Part shown: positions 1 through 12,050 of the stretch, one piece after another
How positions within the stretch are numbered: the first letter of the stretch is position 1
Layout: every line of letters begins with the position of its first letter
Source of the DNA: Octopus bimaculoides
Taxonomy: Eukaryota
DNA length: 64,000 nt
Assembly (NCBI RefSeq): GCF_001194135.2
Contig: NC_068988.1
Location: forward strand, 13,616,762-13,680,761
Reading direction: 5' to 3'
Made by a program: the position numbers and the translations under genes
The notes under the pieces: model-generated
Told to the model about the DNA's origin: nothing
The model's input: only the letters and a program-made list of their open reading frames with translations
Databases searched by the model: none

Positions 1-309
1 ACCAATATGAGACAGACAAGGGTGTGAACATGGTTGATTACAGGTGTAAGAAGTTATAAAGATGTAATATTTTTTAATAGATTAATATATGTTTGCATTT
101 TTTAATCTTCAAGTTTCATTGTTAACTTTACTAATAATAGGTTTTTTTCTTCAAAAATTATAATTTTATTAAGAAATATTTTTGTGAACTTTTCATTTAT
201 AATCTTGCTTTAAATATAATTAACTTATAGTTATTATTGAATTAAAACCATGATTTACTAAAAAATAAAATAAAAGCTTACAGTTTTCATTCTATAACAA
301 CAAACAATA

Positions 310-334
310 CTAACATAACTTCTGTTTCTTACAG
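310..334 (+). other. 3' splice site (branch point, pyrimidine tract, AG) of the SLC10 last exon
   Basis: CTAAC...TTCTGTTTCTTACAG|GG directly upstream of the open reading frame; upstream sequence is very AT-rich and intron-like. Confidence 0.8.
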
Positions 335-1041
335 GGACAGCTCCTCTTTGGATATTTGTACTAGGACAGTACTTTTTACATTTAGACGCACACAAAACCA
401 TTCCTATTTACCACATTGAAGTGTGGTTGGTGTCAGTCTTCGTTGCCTATACAGGAGGGATATTAACAAAGTATTTAAAACCAAATGTGGCAGAAGCAAT
501 ATTGAACTGGATAATCAAACCATTGCTATTACTTATGTGTATTTTATTTATCACCCTTGGTGTCTACATTAATATGTATGTATGGAACATATTGGACATG
601 TATATTATATTAGGATGTACTCTATTACCAGTAACGGGTTGGGTTCTCGGATTTTTTCTAGGCTTGATATTCCGTCAAGATGGGCCAATTTTAGAAGCTC
701 TCTCTCTCGAAACCTCAAGCTTTAACAATCTGATAACAGTAGCAGCTTTACGTTTTTCTCTCTCAAGCAGACCTGGGGATTTGTCATCAACTGTACCGTT
801 TCTTGTTATTTTTACAACTCCTGGTATTTACATAGTATTATCCCTAATCAAATCTTTACGGCTTTGCATCATTAACTATTTACAAGAACGAAGACAAAAA
901 CAAGTTAATCGACAGTTTAGCATTGTTTCAGGAATAATTAACCAGGCAAATATTACAGCATTATCAGCTCCTTTATTTATATCTGATATCTTGGATGATG
1001 AAGACAGTTCTGATAATAAAGAAAAAGTGACAGTTTTATGA
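335..1041 (+). CDS. Terminal coding exon of an SLC10 (sodium/bile acid cotransporter family, SBF) membrane protein; 5'-partial
   Basis: Branch-like CTAAC (310-314), pyrimidine tract and AG (333-334) precede the exon. The frame is open from 337 (TAPLWIFVLGQYFLHLDAHKTIPIYHIEVWLV...), upstream of the track's GTG at 421, to TGA 1039-1041. Hydrophobic helices align by eye with ASBT/NTCP: PLWIFVLG~PLCLFIY; KYLKPNVAEAIL~HKWPQKAKIIL; LPVTGWVLGFFLGLIF~FPVAGYSLGFLLARIA; ALSLETSSFNNLITVAALRFSL~[22 protein letters not shown]. Paralogue not assignable by eye. Confidence 0.88.
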
Positions 1042-1072
1042 AGTTTTCTTAAGGTCTTTTTAAGAGAAGAGA

Positions 1073-1078
1073 AATAAA
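1073..1078 (+). promoter_or_regulatory. Possible proximal polyadenylation signal
   Basis: AATAAA about 30 nt after the stop codon. The motif is common in AT-rich DNA and the real 3' end is unknown. Confidence 0.25.
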
Positions 1079-4000
1079 TCTGCAACACTAAGAAACATGC
1101 ATTGGAATGAGACTTTGATGATTTAGAGTATCAATTATACCAGCCTACAATGGCAATGGTGCCAAACATAGGATTAAGTGCCAACAATGTAAATCTGGCA
1201 AGAGGTAATTTGATTCAAATGAAGAAAGAACCTTACTACAATCCAATTACTGGTACTCCAATTGACAGTTTCTTGGTTCACATGTTAATGGTGGTAAAAA
1301 TAGCAGCAATGTGTTGCTGAAGTTATGAGAATGTCAAATATTTTTTAGTCTTTATAACAATAATACAATCACTAACAGTCTATTATACTGGATGGTTATA
1401 AAGACAGTTATATAGAGAAAATAATTCTGTATAACGAAATATAAAAAATTGAATATGTTCCTTAACTGATTTGAGCTTATATTTAGGTATGAATATAAAG
1501 TGAAATAGAAAGTAACTTATACTTTTAAATTTATGATTATGTTTTTAACTTCAATAACTGAAAAAAACATCAACAAATAATATTAAAGTAGATTTGATTT
1601 CCATTCGAAACATACATCGTTGGAGAAAAGTCATTTATACATTCATTGTATAAATCATGAATATTTTTATAAATTTTGCTGCTTAAATTTTTAAAAATTC
1701 TTTCCCATCAGCTTTGCAATTAGACATTAGCATTCTAAATAGGAACTTTTTTTTGAAGCAAACAAATTTCAAACTGAAAGTTAATGACAGAGGCAAATGT
1801 GGTGGTGTTTTGAAAAGTACTTTTTGTGTGTGGAATGATACGCACAAAGATGAGTGCTGTTAATGCTTTACAACTCATTTTATGTAGTATTTGCTCTTTG
1901 AAATATAATGAATGTATAAATTGATAACAGACAAGTAGCTAAACATGTACATTAGAAAAACATGTACATTAGAATACACACCGAAGGGGAAGAGTAGCAG
2001 CCACTTCCCAATACAATAACCTTTTATTTATGTTGTCAGTCTCATCTTGTAAGGATGAGAATTTGTTTATATAATCCTTGCCTAGAATACAGGTAAAACC
2101 ATTTGATAACTTTCAGTCTCAAGACATGACAATGTCAAACATAATTAATATTGATCTATAATTATCTTCATTTTAGCTGTAAATACAAAGAGTAATAGGG
2201 ATTGAAGTAGATTACTAGACTGTAGGCAGCAAATGTATATAACAAGTAGAATGGTAAAGTTTGTAAATTGTGTTTTTGTAATAAGGTAAAATTCAGAATT
2301 TGACAAAACTAATTGGCAAAACTTAATCCAAAAAACTTTGCAGATGAATAATTTCAGTGAGCTGCTTTGCAATGGGAATCGAAAAATTTAGTATTTTAGA
2401 CACTCATACAGTGGGAGAGAAAATAAAGAAGCCCAATACCAATTGTGAATGATAAATGAAAGAAATAACAATGGATTGATACAATAGTGTGGAAGAGAAA
2501 GAGCAAATGTGAGTAGTGTGGGAGGTGGTGTATACACACTTCTACCTCCCTTTGCAAGACATTTTTTTTTTGTCTTTATAATTCTGACAACTCACTGTTT
2601 TAAACATGCTTCATTTTCTCAAATCTAATTCTTTAATTCTGACTGCTAACTCATTCCCTTTTTCTTCTCTCCCTTTAAAAAAATTTTTTTTTTTTACATG
2701 TTCCATTGCCTCTGCTACTTTCTATCTCACCTGAACTAGACCTCAATATCTCCCACTTCAACTGACCTTACTTTTGTTACAAACTTTGACCACCTGTTCC
2801 TGCACACTTTACTTCTTCTCATGACATCCAGCTTCCACATCACATATTGGCTCTCTCTTCCTGTCTCTCCATTTCCAGTGTCTACATTATTCATTCCATT
2901 TCTTATTTGTGATTTTGTGACCATGGGATTAAGGCTTCATTATTCTCTCAATATTAAAAAAAGGGCAAATATTTTTCACTCCGCACAGCAAATCAACTCA
3001 CTGAAATTTATTTTACTTTTTACAAACCCTTTTGTGTTATCATAACCCTACAAAAATATATGACACAAATTGTGTTTTATTGATTATATAGTTTTAATCT
3101 TTTTAATCAAATAGATATTTTCTAAAAGATAATAATAGAAATATTAACAGAATGCAATATTTTGTGGAGCATTATCATAGATTGTGTAAATATTGTTGAA
3201 CAAAAAAAAAAAAATGTCAGCTTTATTTCAATTTAAGACATTTAGAGGATTTTGTAAATCCAAAATAATTTCCTCAATAATTAATTACTCTGATCCACTT
3301 AACATTTTGCTGCTCATTATAAACACACTATTTGCATGATTTTGTTAATTAAAATGTTTAGATATTTATCATGAAATATAAAAAAAAAACTAAAAAAAAT
3401 AAAAAAGCCAAAAACAAACTGAACATTGGTAAACCAGTTTCCACCAATTTGTTTTAAAATCAGACTAATTTAAATTACAGTTCAAGGTAAGTGCAGAACA
3501 AAACAGTTTACTTTGTCAAATCGAATAATTTGCCTTGTATCCCAACATTTTTTAAGTTGGAGAAAACTTAAATTATCAAGTACATTTACAAATAAAACAC
3601 TTAGATTTTTTTTCTAGATTTCAAAATATATTCTCTATTAAACAGTTTCTAAGCTGTTGCTGCATAGTAATGTTTGTATTTAATATGAGGCTATTTTTTT
3701 AAAGTGAGTTCTGGTATATTCTTAATGTAAAATGCAATTTAAAGAATTATAGCCAGATTTTCACAAAGATAAAAAATATATAATTAAAATTAATTATATA
3801 TTGTTGAGGTCAAATACAATGAAAATATTGGTCAGAAAATGTATTCATTTGTTCAATTAGAAGTTATCTGAAAGGCGCTTGTCACTATGTTAAAAAAAAC
3901 CCGGAAAACTTGAAATGCTGTAGAAGTGATAAATTGAGCAGTTGGATTCTATTACATGAAGTAAGTAGTTGCTCATTCAAGTAAATTTCACATTATTTTA

Positions 4001-5170
4001 AACAAAGAAAAAAAAATGATGGAGAACAGATTTTTACCTCATCTTGAAGCCCCAAATGATGTTAGGGGCAGGTGCTAGAACTAATTAACAACTAAATAAC
4101 ATTTCCAGGGAGTAGCTAATATTCAAGCTGCCTTTGTACCTTTGCCCTACAGACAAATACCAATGAAACATCTCTATACACAAGTACATATATATACATT
4201 TAGGTGCACATATAGATACTTGTGCAGAGAGGTTACATACATTTGTTTGTAGACATGAATTGAGATATATTTTTTATGTGACAACACATTACTTTGTGTG
4301 ATTCTATGTGTGCATATGATTATAGATAAGGTGGGAGGTATTTACTAATGAATGCTAAATAAAATATGTAGTATCTGATGAAAATGGCATATTGATCATA
4401 AGAGACACATGGTTTAATGAGTAAGTAATTTTCAAGAAATTCTGAAAGGTTAAAACTTCTGACAAATCTATGGCTATCATCAGGGATTACATTTACTACC
4501 AGAAACCAATAAATTAAAGTAACACATATCGAAAACAGATATCTCCATAAGTTTCCAGTTAAGGTAAGAAAACCAGATTTTTATAAAAATGTTTTCTTGA
4601 TCATATTCTATTTCTTCCACATTATCAGAGATTTTATTTTAATTTATTTTGCCTTATTTGGCATTTCTCTTCCAGATTGTCTTTAAACATTTTGTTATTC
4701 CTTCTGATACTAACTGGAAACTTGTGTTATTTTTATTTTGTCATGTTTTTTTTAAAAATAAATTTGTTAGACAACTGTTAACTAAATGGAGGGAGAAAAA
4801 AAAACAAAAACAAAAAAACAACCTATTTTTTCATACTACAAAATGTGTTCAATTTTGTACGATTGTTAATTTGAAGTAAAATATTCCCTTGTTTATATGT
4901 TTTGAAAAAAATTATCAATAAACAAAAGCTGAAAAGATAACCTCTATAAAGTCCTTTGCTCATTTTACAACATACATAATCAGGCAGTGATTAAAATCTA
5001 TTCATATTACTTGTAAAGGTGATTTTATATTAATTCATGCAGAATGATTTGAAGTATCCATATAGATTTTCAGCTTAGAGGTGTGTATGTCAACAAAAGT
5101 TGCAAATATAATTTGATTCCTCTCTAAGCTGTTGAAATTTGTTTAGTGTTGTTGTACAGTAAGTTACAGA

Positions 5171-5222
<52 letters not shown>

Positions 5223-8200
5223 TTTAATTAAAAGCAACAACTTCCACTAATTTACAAATTAAGAGACAACAAATATGTCTTTGTTTCAAATATAAACTTA
5301 TATAATATAGGAGACAAGATGTACTTTTGGCATTCCATAATGAAAAGAAAAGGAAATGTTGCAATAGGTTGGTATGCCAAGATTAATTTGTAAAATTTTA
5401 ATTACGACAAGAAACTGAGAGCGCAAAATACTTTTCTTAAAATGAACTTATATGTTCTTGACTTTTAAGTAAATAATAGAAATAATTGATTTCAAAATTA
5501 ATAAGATTAACTTCTTAAAATGCTTATGTGAAATAAAAAGGTAAAATATGTATCATAAACTATTTAAATTATTTCAATGAGAACAAAATATATATTTCTG
5601 CTATTGTTAGTTTTGAATTTCCATAAAGCCAAAATAAATTTTGAAGTAGTTTTTCTGATGAAGTAATACAGTCTTTAAACAATAAACCTCACAGTATTTT
5701 ATAGCTTATCCAAGAATCAGTTCTTTCCATAGCAAGAATTCTTTATAATTTCCATTTTTAAAACATATATATTCACAAAAAATTTTAAAATGCAACTAAT
5801 TATTAACATGAAAATCACAAACAGTTCTACACAAGCATAGAAATTAAACTATTTATTGTAAATATAAAGTGATTATTGTTATGGAAACCACCCTCAAAAA
5901 TATATCTCTAATTGCTATTTTCCCAAATGTCTTAAAATGTTTACATATGTATATATGAAATAACAAGATGGATTTGAGATAGGAGAGACACAGTATATAT
6001 ATGATTGATGAAATATTTTTGGAAAATCAAAGTAAAACATTTTGGGGTGTATACACAAATCTTTAAAATATGAAATATTGTCTATTATGTAAATGGCTTA
6101 ACCAAAGGAAGCAGAACTGCATCTATAACCCTTTTCAGACCCTGGTGGAAGGAGGTTTTCCTCAGACCAGGCCTAAACACTAGTAACATGATGAACTCCA
6201 CTAAAAGCAACACCCAAAGCCCAGGTGATTGTTCTAAACCAGCTGATTATACACATTAGAGTTTAGATGCTCCCAATAGAAATAAAACTGTAACTAAAAC
6301 CCAAATGCCTTTATTTTTACTTTTTCACTTCAGTCTAAAGTTAATTCAAATGTAACCATTTATTGCTGTATGGCCAACTGGTACTTCTTAAGATATATGA
6401 AAAATTAAATCAAAAACGATAGGACTGAAGCTTTCAGACTTTCAAAAACAGTAGGACTCAGGACTGAAGCCTTCAGACTATGTACTCAACTGAGTAAACT
6501 AACTTTAGGTTTTTTTTAAAGCAATCTAAAGATGGTTTGGAAATATATGTTATTTAGAGATGATATGTAAAAGCATTAAAGAAAACTATAAAAAATTATC
6601 TGTTTTCTAGTGAGGTTTTGGTATTAAAATGTCATTTTTTTTTATTCAGTCCAACATATTAATTTTAATATAAAAAAAAAAAAAAAAAAAAAAATCAATA
6701 TTCATTCAACTCTGATTTTCTATTTTAAAAAAATCAAATAGTGATTTAAGATTGGCTATAAGTTACATCATAAATATTTTTGGAACACACTTCTTTTTTT
6801 TATTTTATGAGTTTTTGAAGAAACATTTGTTACACCTTACATGGATTATCAGCAGAAATGATTGATTTATTCTGAGATAATGATAGAATGCTTCTGACCT
6901 TTGCCTAAACCATTTTAAATCATGATCTTGCTTTTCTTAGATATAATCAGTCAGATTTTCATCTTTAAAGTTATAAAGATTTCCAATTTGATGCATTTCT
7001 TTTTATATATAATTGTAGAATAAATATAAAATAAACATGTAAAATTAAATGAAAATTCAATGCCAATTTTCATTCGTAGATTATTTCTTGTCTTAAAAAA
7101 AATAGATTGCAAATTTTGAAATTTCACTAAATATTTATTGTTATTGCTTTACATTGACTAGATTTAGTATTGGATTAAATATTGGTACTAGTTAAATCTT
7201 GATATTTAATCTGCTGGTGTTGAGTTACAGAAATATTTAAATCAAAGTTTTCTAAAGCTTGTTTCTCAGTCAGTCCTTATATAGTTAGTTTGCTTTCAGG
7301 TAAAGTCAATTTAGCTTTTAAGTCACAATATAGCAAATCCAACAAAATATTTCATCTTATTAAATATTTTGTTTTTATAAGTATCAAAAGTAATAGAGTA
7401 AATATCTTTGAAATTAATGATTTAAGATTCCAATAAATGAAATTTGATAATTACCATTCAACGCTTTCATGTTTTAAGAAATGATTTTTTATAAACAAGA
7501 TATTTTAACTCTTCTATAGCAAAACTAGTTTATGAGATCCACAATATCACTACTTTCAATAATTCTTTTAGTAAATAAACCAGAAAAAACTACAGAATTA
7601 AGAAAAATATACTTGTTTTCTTTTATTTATTTTGTGTGTGTGTGTGTGTATGTGTAATTTCTGGAAATTAAATCAGAAATTAAAGAGGAAAAAATTGGAA
7701 ATTGAGATAAAATGTCATTAAATATGCATAATTTTGAAAATGTTCAGAAATTCTATTTGGGACATTTTAAATTGAGGATATATTTTGGAAATGTATCACA
7801 ATAGTTCTCAGTTGGCAAATTATGAAAAAAAAAAAATGTGATTGTGGTGAAATGATTTTATCAACTACCTATATTCATCATCATTATCTTCATCATCATT
7901 ATTACCATTGTTGTCATTATCATAACACTTCTTTGCATATATGTTGATCTATGTTTTATTTTCATGTACAAATTTTCAGATTAAATAAATTATTGAAATT
8001 ACCATTCCTTGATATCTTTTTTCAATTTGCTTTCAATTCACTTTTGTTGATGACTTCAGTTCAACTCTACTAAAGATATGATTTATTTGATTACTCTACA
8101 TGACTTAAGAATATGTTTCACACTCATTTTTTCCATGAATATATGGATGGTGTACTTTTAACAACTTTAGCTATTTATACACTAGTGTGGCAATACTTCC

Positions 8201-9549
8201 TTTGTTTTACTTCTGGCCTGTTCGTAAACTGGGCAGACTGAAGCAGAGTTGCACAAGAATCTAGCACATTTCAATAAAGGTATATTAATGTAAAAACATT
8301 GAATAGATTTAAATTTATACCATCTAATAAAGATTTATTCTTTATGGAGAATGAGATTGGTGAGCGGTTAAATGAAAGACAAAAAAAATATTAGAAAACC
8401 TCTAAAGATATTTCATTACTGTGTTCAGATAATCTTATTACAATTATAAAGCTGCTATACAACAACCTAAACAGCAACAAAAGTATGTTTAGAACTAAAT
8501 TAAGCATCAGGACATTGAAAAAAATAAACATAATCAAAAAGATAAAATGATGTCTCTTTTTATTTGATGTGAATAGAGAATGCTTGAAATAATAATTATG
8601 GTTTTAATACTTTATACTCATTATTTCATAATGATACCATTTAAATTTTCAGATAGAAGACATCTATCACATAGTAATATTAAGCTTTGAAATATTTGTG
8701 AAATTGCATTTGCTAAGACAACCATTACAAAGTAGCAAAATAATCTTTATGCATTAGAATATTTGAAAAATTCTTATTTGTAATATTTGTTGGAGTTATG
8801 ATTAATTATCTGAAGGTTTCCAACAGCTTTTTCAATTGTTGCCATTTAAAAAGAAACTTAAGATATGTAGAATGAGTAGTCAATAATAACATAATATAAA
8901 ATCTGAAAAATATATTGATTCATTTAAATTTATTCCTAAAGCTAACTCCCTAAGCTAATTACCTAATTAGCAATGGTTGTTACATCAGATTAACCAAGTT
9001 TCTTATTGGCAACCAAGCTACCAAGCTATAATTCTGATGTTTGAAATCAGCAGAGAATATCATAATAGTGAAATACATTTTCTTAAGGCAATTCTAACAC
9101 TGTACTTGTTAGATATATATCACTTTTGCTGTTTAATTATACAAATATATGTTTAGCATATTCTGTAAGCTGGTATGTAAAACAATATCTCTCTTGTTAA
9201 CAGAAAAATGAAATAAAATAAAGTGTGGCAGTATTTCTTAGAAATAATAATTGGGAAACTTTTACCAGGAAAACTAGTCACTTAATGAGTCTCTCTAAGC
9301 AACAAATTTCAAATTAAATATGTATAAATCAAAACTGCCTTTCAGAAATCCCAGAAATATTATAAATCACTGCTATGTAATATATTTAGTGTATGTAAAT
9401 ATGAATAGGGGAATGCCTGAATATATTTAGATATGAATAATTGCATGAATAAACAATAAAAAAAAAGAAATCATTAATGTCTATTATGTAGACAAACAGG
9501 AATTTATGGCAGCTCTAGAAATGCACAATACAGACACAATTTATATATC

Positions 9550-9850
9550 TCAACTCATTTTCTGTTTTTAGAAGAAACATGGCTACAAATTTTCCTTCTG
9601 TGCATCAACAATTCACATCCAATTAATCTGCAACCCATAATTCATGAACTCGTATCATACAGTAGCTAATTCATTGTATCAAGAAGCATAACATTCATGT
9701 TTATTGGCTACAAAATTGATACTAGGCCTTTAAAGATGTTACCTGTGTTAGACAATTATTTTCTCTTGTGGAGTCAAGAGAACTTATACCTCATCTGTTT
9801 AACTTATCAGAAGATATGGTTAAGAATTGGTTGTTAAAATCCAGAATTCT
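9550..9850 (+). mobile_element. Highly decayed non-LTR retrotransposon endonuclease remnant
   Basis: GAA ACA TGG CTA (ETWL) and a later ATA TGG TTA AGA ATT (IWLRI), in the usual order for the LINE AP-endonuclease; frames broken. Confidence 0.3.
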
Positions 9851-10110
9851 CTTTTAACAGGTTCTGAATATTTAGACTAATATTTTAACAAAATCCCCAA
9901 ATGTTTATTTAGAAGTAATAGTTTATCACCCATCAATAGTTTTCCTATAATTTCAGAAATATAGAAATTTTAATCAAGGATAAATTCAACAATTTATGAC
10001 TGACTTCCACATTGTATGTGCCTTTCTTATGGGCAGAATCAGCACACAAAGAGTATGAAGCAAACAACTCTTCTTTATAAACATGTTTTTCAGTCATTTT
10101 CTGATGAACA

Positions 10111-10268
10111 AAGCTGCAGTTTCCATCTACCAAATTCAGTCAGAAGTCTGTGGTTGGCCTAGGGCTATAGTAAAAAAACATTTGCCCAAGGTACCATGCA
10201 GACGGACTGAACATGGAACCATGTGGTTGGTAAGCAAACTTCTCAACCATACAGTCATTGTTGCACCT
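10111..10268 (-). mobile_element. tRNA-derived SINE head (family A)
   Basis: Reverse complement of the A head (A-box-like TGACTGTATGG, B-box-like GGTTCCATGTTCAGTCC, ...ggtagatggaaactg); homologous to 14095-14251 and 45268-45470. Confidence 0.8.
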
Positions 10269-10314
10269 AATATATGTGTGTGTGTTTATATTAGTTATTA
10301 AATCAAGTAATGTG

Positions 10315-10465
10315 TCCCACTATGTCTCAAAGTTAGCAGTTCATCAAGCAGAGATCTATAAAATAAATGCCAGATTGAAATACGTATTGAGGTCAGTGTG
10401 ATCAATTAAATTTTCAAAGGTGATACCCCATCATGGAAACAGATAAAAGATCAAACCCAGTAAAA
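10315..10465 (+). mobile_element. Degenerate family A SINE body
   Basis: aagttagcagttc...ggtgataccccatcatgg...cagtaaaa resembles the reverse complement of 13809-13970. Confidence 0.55.
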
Positions 10466-10715
10466 TAATGTTTAAAGACTTAATGGCTTCAAATTTAAGG
10501 TAAAGGATTACTAATCACAAGTCAAGGAGTTCAAAGCTTCGTATTGAACTTCCACTCTATACGGTAACAGTATATGTACATCTCAGTCTACTTGACTTCC
10601 AAAAATTAACAATTGTAATTTGAAGTTGAATGGTTAGCAGTAAGAAAGATGTCCAGATTTCTTAAAAATTTATTGTGCAAAATATTCTGAGAAAAAGTAG
10701 TTTTTTCACCACAAC

Positions 10716-10750
<35 letters not shown>

Positions 10751-10764
10751 GTATGCCTGTGGTA

Positions 10765-10890
10765 ACTCGAGCTACTACAAATAGCAGCCAAATCTCCAAC
10801 ACACAGATTTACAGTATTTTGGGAAGAAAAAAAAAACTATGCCATGGGTCTGCTTCATCAGAGGCAGCTCTGGGCTAAACAAAACACAAA
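10765..10890 (+). repeat. Unclassified interspersed repeat (label I), internally deleted
   Basis: Shares aaatagcagccaaat and a ...ggctaaacaa end with the copy at 29870-30050. Confidence 0.5.
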
Positions 10891-11659
10891 CATACTTTAC
10901 ATTAAAAGATTATCTACTAAATAATACTAATAAAGTTGACAGTATATCTGAAGTTTCATTCTCTGGTAAAACTCCATGTATTTTAAACATTTTCTCATTA
11001 TACCCTATGTAAGACATATTGGTCAAGCAGAGTTGCCCCACTTAGCTAAAGACCTCAAAATTGTGCAACCTGACCTTGTTTTCGAGGTTATTTTTATAGT
11101 AAAAAAGAGTTATTGTGCAAAAAACATACTTTATTTGGTAGCCAAAAGATTACTGAATCTTTTGATATCTCATATGTCAAATTCAGCAACTCAGTTTTTG
11201 AATGCAAAAAGAATATACACATGCACTCATGAGCATGCGCGCACATGCACACACACAAACTCTGTTTTATATATTAAGATGTACAAAGAATATTCATAAA
11301 TAAACACAGCTAGTTCAAATTTAAACAGAATATTTTTAGATGTAGTTCTTATGGTCAAGTTTGAAATAAAATTGTAATGCACTTAATGTAAATTTTGAGT
11401 ATATTTCGTTTATTTCTTCATTTTAGGTTTAAAAACCCTAACTGGAAATTATCTGAAATAGATCTGAGAATATTTATATACCACAAGTCTAAGAGAAGGA
11501 CTTCACATTTTTTTGAGCAGCCTGTCTATTCTGAACATCTAATTACTATAGATACTGATGTAGTAGTAATATCAACTGTACTCATATAACAGTTATTAGA
11601 AATTAGTTTCTTTTATAACCTAACATGTGTGAAACAGTTTCTTTTTTTGTTTTGCGTGT

Positions 11660-12050
11660 TATACAGTTTCCATAGTGAACATACGAGTTGGGGTAGATGG
11701 GAGATTAATGTTGGTGAATTCTTTTGTACTGGTGTAGGTTAATAAGTAAGTGGAATGACTAGGTATGAGAAAGCAATAAACATGCTTCTGGGATGGGAAT
11801 GAGAGAATAATTATAACAGATGGAAAGGTGTGTTGAAGGAAGATGACCACTATCAAACTTTAAACGAGTAAAAGAGGATGAACTAATAGTAGACAAACCA
11901 GAAGGAAGGAGGTACAATATAATACTGGAGTAAGAGCTGAGAATTTTGTAGAAAAAGTCTGTTAATCAGATGGTTTGATTTTTCTAGGATGTAGTCTAAC
12001 ATTTTAGCCACTGGAGCACAGAAACATTCTAGAAATGAAAAACAGTATTT
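11660..12050 (-). mobile_element. Decayed CR1/Jockey-like LINE endonuclease remnant
   Basis: Minus-strand peptide FLQHTFPSVIIIL...NLPSTPTR follows the layout preceding and following the GDFN motif; GC-richer than flanks; GDFN itself is lost. Confidence 0.35.

Noticed and set aside
421-423. GTG start assigned by the ORF track
   Set aside because: The frame is open upstream to a splice acceptor at 334 and the SLC10 N-terminal half is missing, so this is an internal codon of a last exon.
876-1088. 70 aa antisense ORF over the SLC10 3' end
   Set aside because: Short shadow ORF of the coding strand with no recognisable features.
1942-1974. Tandem 16-mer AACATGTACATTAGAA x2
   Set aside because: Simple local slippage duplication with no further structure.
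4036-4147. Minus-strand AG...GT exon-like segment
   Set aside because: Stop codons in all three frames.
6421-6479. Two 20 bp partly palindromic repeats with a 19 bp spacer (CRISPR-like look)
   Set aside because: Only two units, eukaryotic context and no cas genes; a small duplication.
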